Virus record (IMG/VR): IMGVR_UViG_3300020457_000052
Span: 1 to 30,510 of that record
Origin: a virus
Taxonomy: Duplodnaviria > Caudoviricetes
Length of the DNA stretch: 30,510 nucleotides
Direction: 5' to 3' (one strand)
The notes under the pieces were generated by a model. It did not search any database and was not told the DNA's origin. It saw nothing but the letters and a program-made list of their open reading frames with translations. The position numbers and the translations under genes were made by a program. Below are positions 1 through 7,933 of this stretch, one piece after another (positions within the stretch are counted from its first letter, which is position 1; every line of letters begins with the position of its first letter).

Positions 1-313
1 CTACAACTTCTGGGTTTTCTGAACGAAACTTTACTCGTTGCTTATACTTACATGCTTTACAATCAGCACGATATCTTTGTCTTTGATGATCAAACCCATA
101 TTCGGATAGTGGTTTAACCACACCACATTGGGAACATGGTTTAGGATCTATATTATCTTTTCGAGGTTGTGGTCCTACATTAACACACTTCTTACAAATA
201 CTTTTATAATACTGTTTAAGATTTCCATCAGCAAGAAGTTGTTTTCCTCCTTTAGAAAAATCACTTACAGGTTTTTCAACTCCACATTTTTTACATACTT
301 TAGTTTCAGTCAT
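1..313 (-). CDS. Tandem zinc-ribbon protein, probable free-standing homing endonuclease (HNH or endonuclease VII type); C-terminus runs off the window
   Basis: Not in the ORF track; translated by hand from ATG at 313, which overlaps the uvsY stop (ATGA): MTETKVCKKCGVEKPVSDFSKGGKQLLADGNLKQYYKSICKKCVNVGPQPRKDNIDPKPCSQCGVVKPLSEYGFDHQRQRYRADCKACKYKQRVKFRSENPEVV. Open for 104 codons to the edge, with two CxxCGVxKPxSx(F/Y)...CKxC modules. The catalytic domain is not visible. Confidence 0.65.
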   Translation of the reverse strand, partial: MTETKVCKKCGVEKPVSDFSKGGKQLLADGNLKQYYKSICKKCVNVGPQPRKDNIDPKPCSQCGVVKPLSEYGFDHQRQRYRADCKACKYKQRVKFRSENPEVV

Positions 314-747
314 CCTAACCCCGAATTAAATCTCATAAACTCAATTGCATTCTTAATTTGATACGTTCTGTTCTGTATCACCTTAAGAATACTTTCCAAG
401 TATACTAGCATTGTATCATAGTAATCTATTTTTAGTGAAGTATTAGATAATTTTTCATCTGCATCAAGATATTTTTGCATGGTATCTTTGTCTCTTATCT
501 TTTTCGGAAATGGATTTGCAATATAAACATCTGGGTCTGCTTTCCCACTAAAATACTCATACCGTTCATGACGGATGTTTTTTCTTTGTTGTTCTGCTTT
601 CTTCCTTAGTAGAAAGATTGTATTATAAAGTTCAAAATATTTTGCATGAAGAGAGGGGACATTCAATGATTCTTCGTGTAGATTGTCTCTATCGATCTTT
701 GCATCTTTTTCCCACATCTCTTGAAGTTTATCAAGAGTTACCGTCAT
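310..747 (-). CDS. uvsY: Recombination mediator protein UvsY
   Basis: 145 aa; D-x-x-I-D...SLNVPSLHAKY and C-terminal NRTYQIKNAIEFMRFNSG; cyanophage g23-g3-uvsY order. Confidence 0.9.
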   Translation of the reverse strand: MTVTLDKLQEMWEKDAKIDRDNLHEESLNVPSLHAKYFELYNTIFLLRKKAEQQRKNIRHERYEYFSGKADPDVYIANPFPKKIRDKDTMQKYLDADEKLSNTSLKIDYYDTMLVYLESILKVIQNRTYQIKNAIEFMRFNSGLG

Positions 748-1316
748 AAAATGTTATTTTCTAAATCAGTAATGTTGTATATAGTATACTTGAAAGATAC
801 GTTTGCTGTAAAGTATTCTATGTCTGTATCAGTCGCATCAAATGTAATAGTAGAAAGACTATAAGGAAATAATTCTGTAAAAACTACTTGAAATTTTGGT
901 ATAAGATTGCTGCTTAAGATTTGCAAAGTGCCATCTGAAGTAACATCATCAGTTGATTTACCCATAGGACCAAGAATATTTTGATCCTTCAACTCTTTGT
1001 ATTGATTAAGATTATCAGGAAACCCTAAACCTCTCATCCAGTTCTGAATTTCCATATAATTAACTAGATCTTCATCTACAAGAAATCTCAATGAAAGATC
1101 ACCAAAATCTAGTTTGTCACCAGGTATAGGTATATTTTTTAAGTAACTTGGTTGTTCTGCTACTCCTAAATCAATTGATGGTATATTTGCCTCATTGCAG
1201 AAAAAAGCAACAGCAGGACTTCTTTTTAATGCAAATTTAAATCCAACTGGTGAGAGAAAATTTCTATTTTCTATAGGAGTGCCTGGTCTTTCAGCAGGTG
1301 GTTTTCTTTTCGCCAT
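744..1316 (-). CDS. g3: Tail tube terminator / tail completion protein gp3
   Basis: NRNFLSPVGFKF, IPGDKLDFGDLSLRFLVDEDLVNYMEIQNW, FPYSLSTITFD motifs; follows g23. Confidence 0.88.
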   Translation of the reverse strand: MAKRKPPAERPGTPIENRNFLSPVGFKFALKRSPAVAFFCNEANIPSIDLGVAEQPSYLKNIPIPGDKLDFGDLSLRFLVDEDLVNYMEIQNWMRGLGFPDNLNQYKELKDQNILGPMGKSTDDVTSDGTLQILSSNLIPKFQVVFTELFPYSLSTITFDATDTDIEYFTANVSFKYTIYNITDLENNIL

Positions 1317-1334
1317 TATAAAATACTTTTTAAG

Positions 1335-1341
1335 TATTTAG
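1335..1341 (-). promoter_or_regulatory. T4-type late promoter (CTAAATA) for g3-uvsY
   Basis: CTAAATA immediately after the terminator U-tract and 18 nt before the g3 ATG. Confidence 0.65.
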
Positions 1342-1343
1342 AC

Positions 1344-1375
1344 AAAAAAAAGACCCTTCCGAAGAAGAGTCTTTG
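1344..1375 (-). terminator. Rho-independent terminator after g23 with cUUCGg tetraloop
   Basis: Minus strand AGACTCTTC-TTCG-GAAGGGTCT followed by a run of T; 9-bp stem with one G-U pair, just downstream of the g23 stop. Confidence 0.9.
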
Positions 1376-1408
1376 TCTATTTTGTATGGACAAATATATT
1401 TATTCGTC

Positions 1409-2800
1409 TTACATGAGGTTCTTAACAGCAACACGTCTGTAGTAACGGTTAGCATTAACGTTAAGAGCACCAAGTGCAGCGTTTGTTCCTTCTGCAAATG
1501 GGTTTGCGACCATTCCGTAACGAGTCTTAAATCCGATACGTGGTTGGAAGGAGTCCTGACCAACACTACGAACCATCTGTAGAGGAACGTATGGGCAATA
1601 GAACAATCCAGCGTCATAAGGAGATGTTCCCTTATAACCAACAACGTAGTACTGATTACCACCTTGTGGTCCACCAGAACCAACTAGGTTTGCAGCATAT
1701 GGATCGATGTAGACTTTGTACTTACCTTGTAATGTACCAGCAAATGTATTACCAGTGTCATCAACGTTAAGGTTAGCATTAAGAGCAGGTGTGTAGTCAA
1801 GTACACCAGCCATTGTTAGAGCAGATGCAACGTCTGCAGAGCAGAGGATCACATTACCCTTTCCACGACGAGTTCTCTGTGCAATTGCGTTTGCATCTCT
1901 CTCGATCTGGAATAAGAGACCTTTGAACTTCTCAACAGACCATCTTCCGTTTGAGTCAATGTCTAAGTCGAATTGACCTGCGGTTGCGACGTTCTGAACA
2001 GCACCCTGTTCTGCAGTCTTGTAGATAGTTCTGATAACTTCTCTATTGATTTCAGCAAGGATTTCAGTAGAAAGAATGTTGGCAAGTTCTGCCTCTGCAT
2101 TCAATCCATGAATTGCTTTTAAGTCTTGAGCAAGTTCTAGACTGTACTCAGCTTTCAACGCACGAGATTTCGCAGTAACTGTTACCTTCTCGATGCTGAA
2201 TGCCATCTGGTTGAAGGCAAAATCGCCTTGACCATCAAGACCTTCTGCTTCAGCAGTGGTCATACCTTGACCAGTTGTGTATGTGGTTTGTGAACCAGCA
2301 CCACCAACAGGGTTAAGTACAGCAGGGTTTGTACCGCTTTGTGCAGTTGTACCCATACCAGCGTTGATATCGGTGAAACCACCAGTGTTATCAAACGCTG
2401 CGTCTTCTGCAGAGAATGCAGAATCTGCTTCGTTGTAGAATGCTTCGTCGCCAGATTGAGTCTTGTAACGAGATCTCATCGCAAAGATGAGTCCAGTAGG
2501 ACCAGACATTGGCTGAACGCCAGCAAGGTCATATGCGACCAAGTTTGGCATTGCACGTCTAATTAGAGAAATTAGAACGGGGTCAAAGTTAGCAATTCCA
2601 GCACCAGTTGAGTTGGTTGGTGTTTCTTCTGTTAAGAAAGAACCAGACTCACTAAATGCACTTGCTTCTTTTTGAAATTTTTCTTGGTTTTCGAGCAGGA
2701 CTGCAGTGACGGCCTTACGATGGTTATCTTTGATAGCATCGGCTCCTTCTGCATTTAGAAGGGGAGCCCACTTTTCCTGCAACTGTTCTGAATTGAACAT
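1409..2800 (-). CDS. g23: Major capsid protein gp23
   Basis: FDPVLISLIRRAMPNLVAYDLAGVQPMSGPTGLIFAMR, SRALKAEYSLELAQDLKAIHG, GLFYCPYVPL, GFKTRYG. Confidence 0.98.
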   Translation of the reverse strand: MFNSEQLQEKWAPLLNAEGADAIKDNHRKAVTAVLLENQEKFQKEASAFSESGSFLTEETPTNSTGAGIANFDPVLISLIRRAMPNLVAYDLAGVQPMSGPTGLIFAMRSRYKTQSGDEAFYNEADSAFSAEDAAFDNTGGFTDINAGMGTTAQSGTNPAVLNPVGGAGSQTTYTTGQGMTTAEAEGLDGQGDFAFNQMAFSIEKVTVTAKSRALKAEYSLELAQDLKAIHGLNAEAELANILSTEILAEINREVIRTIYKTAEQGAVQNVATAGQFDLDIDSNGRWSVEKFKGLLFQIERDANAIAQRTRRGKGNVILCSADVASALTMAGVLDYTPALNANLNVDDTGNTFAGTLQGKYKVYIDPYAANLVGSGGPQGGNQYYVVGYKGTSPYDAGLFYCPYVPLQMVRSVGQDSFQPRIGFKTRYGMVANPFAEGTNAALGALNVNANRYYRRVAVKNLM

Positions 2801-2844
2801 TGCTTAAAAAATAGTGTTTACGTTTGATTTAATTTTGAAATCAG

Positions 2845-4020
2845 TTACTTGTTAAATTGCTGAAGGGTTTTAAGATATTTTGCCATTGTTCCTGATGCAA
2901 TTTCAGGAGAACTATCGACACCTTCTGATAAACTCTCAGATTTAACTGCTGGAGATCCTTTTGTAGGGAAATAAGATTCCTTCAAAGTTTCCAACTTTTC
3001 ACGATAAGTTTCTTCACTTTCAAACTCTACACTTTCGGAAAGTGAGGCAAGCTTTTCTCTCTGAGTGTCAGCAAGACCTTCAGAAACATCGGCAAGAATT
3101 ACATCTGAAGTAGACTCAGAAAGTCTTTGATTCAAACTTACATTCTTTTCGATTTGCTCATTGAGTTTGGACTCCATATCATCTAGTTTTTCTACCATGC
3201 TCTGTAGTACATCATATTTTTCTTCAGGGATAGTTACATAATGTTCTTCAAAAAGATTTTTAAGACCAGACATAAAGGATTCAGTAAGTTCTTCCTTTAG
3301 ACCGCCTTGTACTGCGAGTTGATTCTCAGTGAACCATTCCTCGGAAACATACTCAAGGTAGGAATCAACACGCTCATTAAGAGCAGTCTTGATAACATCA
3401 ATTTCTTCGAGAAGTTTTGCATCGTATTCAGTTTGCAGTACTTCTTTAATTTGTACCACTTTACCTTTTACTGCTGCTTCAAGGATTGTTTTTGCTTTTT
3501 CCTTGAACTCCTCAGAAAGCTCTTCACCTTCTACAAGAGCATTAACATCTTCCTCGATGCTTATCTCTGTATATTCAGGTGCTTCAGCAACAACTTCTTC
3601 TTCAGTAGTTTCTTCTTCTGCAACTACTTCTTCAGTTGTTGTTTCTTCTTCTGCCACGACTTCGTTAGTCACTTCTTCTTCCTCAGAAACTACTTCGTCG
3701 TTGACTTCAACTTCTTCCATTTTAACTGGAGTTGCACTCGTGCCAGCGACTTGATCGCCAGGAGTGGACTTCTTGTTAACTACATCTCTTACTTGTTTAA
3801 GAGTTCCACCAGGAGTTTTCAGTTTTGCTGAATCGTCATCTGATTTGTAGTTATCTGGAGTAGGACCGCCCAAATCTTCAACTGTGCCTGTTTGACCTGG
3901 AGTAGCAGCCCCGTTAGGACCGTTTTGGATTGGATCTCCAGGTGCTGCATTAGCATTGGCTGCAGTTTTAGAGGGAGTTGTGCCTACTTCCATTTCTTGT
4001 AAATTTTTGCCACTAGACAT
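2845..4020 (-). CDS. g22: Prohead core scaffold protein gp22
   Basis: Acidic coiled coil; LSEEFKEKAKTILEAAV, VDSYLEYVSEEW, SGLKNLFEEHYV; lies between g21 and g23. Confidence 0.93.
   Translation of the reverse strand: MSSGKNLQEMEVGTTPSKTAANANAAPGDPIQNGPNGAATPGQTGTVEDLGGPTPDNYKSDDDSAKLKTPGGTLKQVRDVVNKKSTPGDQVAGTSATPVKMEEVEVNDEVVSEEEEVTNEVVAEEETTTEEVVAEEETTEEEVVAEAPEYTEISIEEDVNALVEGEELSEEFKEKAKTILEAAVKGKVVQIKEVLQTEYDAKLLEEIDVIKTALNERVDSYLEYVSEEWFTENQLAVQGGLKEELTESFMSGLKNLFEEHYVTIPEEKYDVLQSMVEKLDDMESKLNEQIEKNVSLNQRLSESTSDVILADVSEGLADTQREKLASLSESVEFESEETYREKLETLKESYFPTKGSPAVKSESLSEGVDSSPEIASGTMAKYLKTLQQFNK
3575..3720 (-). repeat. Low-complexity EEVVAEEETT tandem repeats within gp22
   Basis: About four imperfect copies (EVVSEEEEVT, EVVAEEETTT, EEVVAEEETT, EEVVAE); these explain the long Ser/Phe-rich antisense ORFs. 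Confidence 0.7.
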
Positions 4021-4060
4021 TGGGTTTCTCTCCGATTTCCTGTATAAAAGTTAAAATCTA

Positions 4061-4072
4061 TATTTATTTATA
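4061..4072 (-). promoter_or_regulatory. Late promoter TATAAATA (with overlapping AATAAATA) upstream of g22
   Basis: Exact T4 gp55 consensus at 4065-4072 in the g21-g22 gap. Confidence 0.75.
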
Positions 4073-4082
4073 ATCTTAATGA

Positions 4083-4733
4083 TTACAATGAGTTAATAAA
4101 CTCATTGAAAAGATTAATCTTATGTTCTTCGAGTGCTTTTTGGGTAACAAGAGACTCGATCTTGTTTTTTGTATCATTAGCAAGTTTTTCCCGAAGGGTT
4201 GTTCCCTCCCAAATCCACTCTTTTCCTTCCATAATTCCCTCAACAAATGCATCGGGTGCAGAAGGGTCTGATACGATATCTGCTGCTGTTGCTAACATAA
4301 AGTCATCACCAACAACATTAAATCCCTCTTTAGTTGGTTTTAATGAACCAATACCTCTTGAAGATACACCAAGTTTTACACCTTCTCCTATAAGAGACTT
4401 TGCAATTTGACCCATTGGTGTGTCAAGGATTTTTGCTCTACCTATAAAGTTAGAACCAGACTCTCTCAAAGAAGTTATCTTATGAGAAACTCTATCAAGG
4501 TTAACAGTTGGACCATCGGGGTGACCTAATTCTCCAAGTGCTCTACCACTTTTAACATGTGCTTCATTATAACGACTCACTTCTTTTTGAAGTGTTTCCA
4601 TTGGATACATCCGACCATTTCTGTTCTTGATGTTTCCTTGCAGAAAAATTCCCTCAATATAAAGAGATTTTTTACCGTTTCTTTCCTCTGTAATAAATTC
4701 TACAGATTCAATTTCTTCTCTAATCAGTTTCAT
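4083..4733 (-). CDS. g21: Prohead core protease gp21
   Basis: LYIEGIFLQ, KNRNGRMYP, ALGELGHP (catalytic His), GVSSRGIGS (catalytic Ser), DIVSDPSAPDAFV. Confidence 0.97.
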   Translation of the reverse strand: MKLIREEIESVEFITEERNGKKSLYIEGIFLQGNIKNRNGRMYPMETLQKEVSRYNEAHVKSGRALGELGHPDGPTVNLDRVSHKITSLRESGSNFIGRAKILDTPMGQIAKSLIGEGVKLGVSSRGIGSLKPTKEGFNVVGDDFMLATAADIVSDPSAPDAFVEGIMEGKEWIWEGTTLREKLANDTKNKIESLVTQKALEEHKINLFNEFINSL

Positions 4734-4746
4734 TAGTTTTCTCCCC

Positions 4747-5301
4747 CTATTCTGCTGTTTGAACTTGTTGAATTTTCACAGAACCCGCACCACCTGCTTG
4801 TAATGCAGCAACTTTAAATGATTCTCTTAAATCTGAACCTAATAAAGACTGATTCCATGTACCAGAAACACCAGATGAATTATAATTCACAGTAATTCTT
4901 GTACCGTGAAATCCATCATGTCCTGCAGTTTGATTAACAGCAGTTACCTCTTTGTGAGCAAAATTGAAACCAGTTTGTCCTGGTGCAGTTAATGTAACAT
5001 AATCACCTACAACAAACTGAGAACCAGTACCCTCTTGGAAATCTATTATGGTAGTAGTACCTTTAGTAAGATTTTGAACAGGTTGTGATCTAACGGAACC
5101 TAAACTTAAAATTTCAGGTTCATTTGCCACCAAATAAAAACTAGCAGTGGTTGCAGTAGGTTCTCCACCTATTGCAATATAAGCATCGTTTGATTTTGCG
5201 ACTAGACGTATATATTTTGTCAGTTGACTTTGTGCTCCTGATTTAGCAGAAGAACCACTCGTCGTTATACTTACCTGATCGCCAATTGGATTAAGAGACA
5301 T
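4747..5301 (-). CDS. Hypothetical beta-rich protein, probably virion-associated
   Basis: 184 aa, Gly/Thr/Ser-rich; preceded by its own late promoter; inside the head gene cluster. Confidence 0.7.
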   Translation of the reverse strand: MSLNPIGDQVSITTSGSSAKSGAQSQLTKYIRLVAKSNDAYIAIGGEPTATTASFYLVANEPEILSLGSVRSQPVQNLTKGTTTIIDFQEGTGSQFVVGDYVTLTAPGQTGFNFAHKEVTAVNQTAGHDGFHGTRITVNYNSSGVSGTWNQSLLGSDLRESFKVAALQAGGAGSVKIQQVQTAE

Positions 5302-5326
5302 TATCCTTAAAAGTCCATGTAATAGT

Positions 5327-5334
5327 TATTTATA
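5327..5334 (-). promoter_or_regulatory. Late promoter TATAAATA
   Basis: Exact consensus 25 nt upstream of the ATG at 5301. Confidence 0.75.
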
Positions 5335-5335
5335 A

Positions 5336-5560
5336 TTACTCTTCAGCATCTTCTTCTGTAGATACTTCATCAGTATCAGAAGTTTCATCGTCATTAAAAG
5401 TATGATTAGCAACTTCTGGTTTAAAAGAATCAATTTTTTCTGCAGACTTTGCAAAAAGCATATCTTTTATTCTGTCACTAATGTTAGATGGAGACTCATC
5501 AGCGATGATCATATCCATCAATTCACTTTGTACTTTATTCATATCAGGGGATTCAGTCAT
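5336..5560 (-). CDS. Small acidic protein after the portal gene (positional counterpart of T4 prohead core protein gp67)
   Basis: 74 aa; ISDRIKDMLFAKSAEKID helix plus acidic tail; function from position only. Confidence 0.65.
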   Translation of the reverse strand: MTESPDMNKVQSELMDMIIADESPSNISDRIKDMLFAKSAEKIDSFKPEVANHTFNDDETSDTDEVSTEEDAEE

Positions 5561-5592
5561 GTTAAAATGTCAAATATGTGAGTAATCTTTAA

Positions 5593-5600
5593 TATTTATA
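5593..5600 (-). promoter_or_regulatory. Late promoter TATAAATA overlapping the g20 stop codon
   Basis: Exact consensus whose TAA is the g20 stop (5596-5598). Confidence 0.7.
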
Positions 5601-7278
5601 TCTCTCCACCTTTGGGTTTTACTACGTTAGTATCTAGTTCTACACTACCACCAGTGGCTTCTTGAGATGCTCCCTCTAAATCTGGTTCCATTATAGGTGA
5701 TCCAAGGTCACCAATTGGTTGTCCAGTTTCAGGATCAACTGGAGCCATTGGGTCTGGAACAATACCATCAGCAATTTCTTTCTTCATAATCTTATCTTGC
5801 TCAAGAATCTCCATATCAGTTTGACGTAAAAGATGTCTCCTTACATAATCTTGTGAGAAATACTTACCAATATAAGGTTCTGCAGAGGTTGCTGCTGCTA
5901 ATCTTTCATTAAATAACTCAGTTTCTTTGAGTTCTGTAAAATGATTATCATATAAGAAGTCATATTGTATATGCTCACTCATTACTTCCCAATCTTCTGT
6001 AGTAATAATATTCTTAAGAAGTAACTGAGTTTTAAGCATGTCATTGAACATTCTTGAGAATCTCTTTCTCAAACGTCCAACAAACTTACTAAATTTAACC
6101 TCATCTCTTAGTATTTCAGAAGATCTTCCAAGGTTAAATCCACCATCTCCTTCTATTCTGGAGATAGGAACATTTAATGATTTGTATAATTTCTTTTTGA
6201 AGTACTCGATGTCCGTGATCTCACCCAGGTTTTGACCTCCAGGAAGAGTAGAAATCTCAGTACCACGTCCTCCTTCTCGTCTAGGTAGCCAGAAATCTTC
6301 CAGCATCGCCATGTACTTTTTGTCATCACGAACCTCTCCAGTGTTAGCGTCGTATACAAGTTTGTTACGATATCGCATCATCACATCTCTGAGATATTGC
6401 TCTGCCTTTACTTTAGGTAGATTTCCAACATCAATATAAAAAATTCTTCTTTCTGGAGCACGAGATAATCTGTAAATAACCAGACTATCCTCAATCATTC
6501 TAAGTTGATTGAGTGATTTGATTGCTTTATGCAAATAAGATAGAGTATTTCCTTTATTTCTATCTACCAAACCTGATGTACAATACGTTATTGCATCTTT
6601 CGCTATCTTAATTCCTGCACTTGCACCTGTTGCATTTACATTCCCCGTTGGATATTGTGACTTTGGATTGTATATAAAATACTCTTCTATCTCTGGCCAT
6701 GCATAATCCATTGGATTAGAATTGGCTTTTAAAACTGGACTAGCAATATTTCTATTAGGATCTTTCTTTTTTTCTTGTCTAATATAACGCATTTTCATTG
6801 CGTCAATATATCTTAATTCCTTTATTCCCTCATGTGGATTCTTTAAATCAATTATTTTATGATAATAAATCCTACCATCCACATACCAGTTTCTATAAAT
6901 TTCATGTGCTTTCTTATCAAAATCTAATAAATCAAGAATAAATTTAAACTCATCTCTAATCTTTTTCTTTATTCCATCACTAGCATTAAGATTCGACAAT
7001 TCAACTTGGACAGGTTGATCATTTGTATCTGATACAATTGCTTCATGAATAATATCTTCAATAGCACTATCGCACTCTGGTTGAAGTGCCATTTCACGAT
7101 AACGCTTAATTAATTCAAACTCTGTCCTATATACTCCTTCTAAATCAACATATGATCCAAAAAAACCACTACTCGCAAAATGGTCAACCCCGTCCTCATC
7201 ATTTCGAGGTACGGGGGATACCGCATTGGGAGATAGTGGTTCAGTGTCCTCTATCGAGAACCCAAATAACTTAGCCAT
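5596..7278 (-). CDS. g20: Portal vertex protein gp20
   Basis: SYLHKAIKSLNQLRMIEDSLVIYRLSRAPERRIFYIDVGNLPK, EDFWLPRREGGRGTEISTLPGGQNLG. Confidence 0.98.
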   Translation of the reverse strand: MAKLFGFSIEDTEPLSPNAVSPVPRNDEDGVDHFASSGFFGSYVDLEGVYRTEFELIKRYREMALQPECDSAIEDIIHEAIVSDTNDQPVQVELSNLNASDGIKKKIRDEFKFILDLLDFDKKAHEIYRNWYVDGRIYYHKIIDLKNPHEGIKELRYIDAMKMRYIRQEKKKDPNRNIASPVLKANSNPMDYAWPEIEEYFIYNPKSQYPTGNVNATGASAGIKIAKDAITYCTSGLVDRNKGNTLSYLHKAIKSLNQLRMIEDSLVIYRLSRAPERRIFYIDVGNLPKVKAEQYLRDVMMRYRNKLVYDANTGEVRDDKKYMAMLEDFWLPRREGGRGTEISTLPGGQNLGEITDIEYFKKKLYKSLNVPISRIEGDGGFNLGRSSEILRDEVKFSKFVGRLRKRFSRMFNDMLKTQLLLKNIITTEDWEVMSEHIQYDFLYDNHFTELKETELFNERLAAATSAEPYIGKYFSQDYVRRHLLRQTDMEILEQDKIMKKEIADGIVPDPMAPVDPETGQPIGDLGSPIMEPDLEGASQEATGGSVELDTNVVKPKGGEI

Positions 7279-7301
7279 GATTTATTGAATCTTTACTCTT
7301 A

Positions 7302-7309
7302 TATTTATA
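7302..7309 (-). promoter_or_regulatory. Late promoter TATAAATA upstream of g20
   Basis: Exact consensus directly after the g19 stop. Confidence 0.75.
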
Positions 7310-7897
7310 TTAGTTTGGTTCGCCTGATCCTGTGACATTGATGGATTGAACTTGGAATTCAACAGTGAATTCTTCAATTGTATCTCCAGTATCATAAGAA
7401 AGATCTATAGCAGAAACATTAGTTGGGAAGATATCAATGAATTCGTACTCTTTTAATACGACATTACTATCTCCACTACTATCTTTACTACTTGTTGTAG
7501 ATCCTCTACCTAGTTGGAAAACTTTAGCGTTAACCATATATTCATTTGGATCAGTAGCACCAAGGTTGTTAGACAATCTTGCAATTTGCTCTGTCCATTC
7601 TTCCATTGCATTTCTTAATGCAAATCCTTCATCATTAATAATGGTAACTGTCCATGTGTCGATAGTTCTGTCTCCAGCAACTTTGAAAATACGACCTCTG
7701 AACGGAATATCAATTGCTGCAATATTTTGAGCAGGTAAATTTGCTGCTTTGCACATGTACCTGAAACTATCTGCATCCCAACTGATACCAGCAGGTAGAG
7801 TAGTTAACTCTACCTCAAACAGATTGGGTCTTGCACCGCCACCTATGAGTGCCGATTTAAATTGAGAGATGGTTTTGTTTTCTCTACTTGTTGCCAT
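7310..7897 (-). CDS. g19: Tail tube protein gp19
   Basis: GGARPNLFEV, PFRGRIFKVAGDRT, FPTNVSAIDLSYD, IEEFTVEF. Confidence 0.96.
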   Translation of the reverse strand: MATSRENKTISQFKSALIGGGARPNLFEVELTTLPAGISWDADSFRYMCKAANLPAQNIAAIDIPFRGRIFKVAGDRTIDTWTVTIINDEGFALRNAMEEWTEQIARLSNNLGATDPNEYMVNAKVFQLGRGSTTSSKDSSGDSNVVLKEYEFIDIFPTNVSAIDLSYDTGDTIEEFTVEFQVQSINVTGSGEPN

Positions 7898-7918
7898 GAT
7901 TGGGGTTCCTCCTGTTGT

Positions 7919-7925
7919 TATTTAG
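7919..7925 (-). promoter_or_regulatory. Late promoter CTAAATA upstream of g19
   Basis: In the g18-g19 gap, followed by an AGGAGG Shine-Dalgarno sequence. Confidence 0.65.
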
Positions 7926-7933
7926 ATTCTTAA

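Noticed and set aside
128-361. 77-aa plus-strand ORF
   Set aside because: Antisense shadow of the zinc-ribbon ORF and uvsY; weak TTG start and no supporting signals.
1330-1683. 117-aa minus-strand ORF overlapping the g23 3' end (possible frameshift extension of the capsid protein)
   Set aside because: Alternate frame that runs through the terminator; no obvious slippery site or ribosome-binding site seen.
3307-3831. Long plus-strand Phe- or Ser-rich ORFs opposite g22
   Set aside because: Artefact of GAA-rich acidic repeats lacking antisense stop codons.
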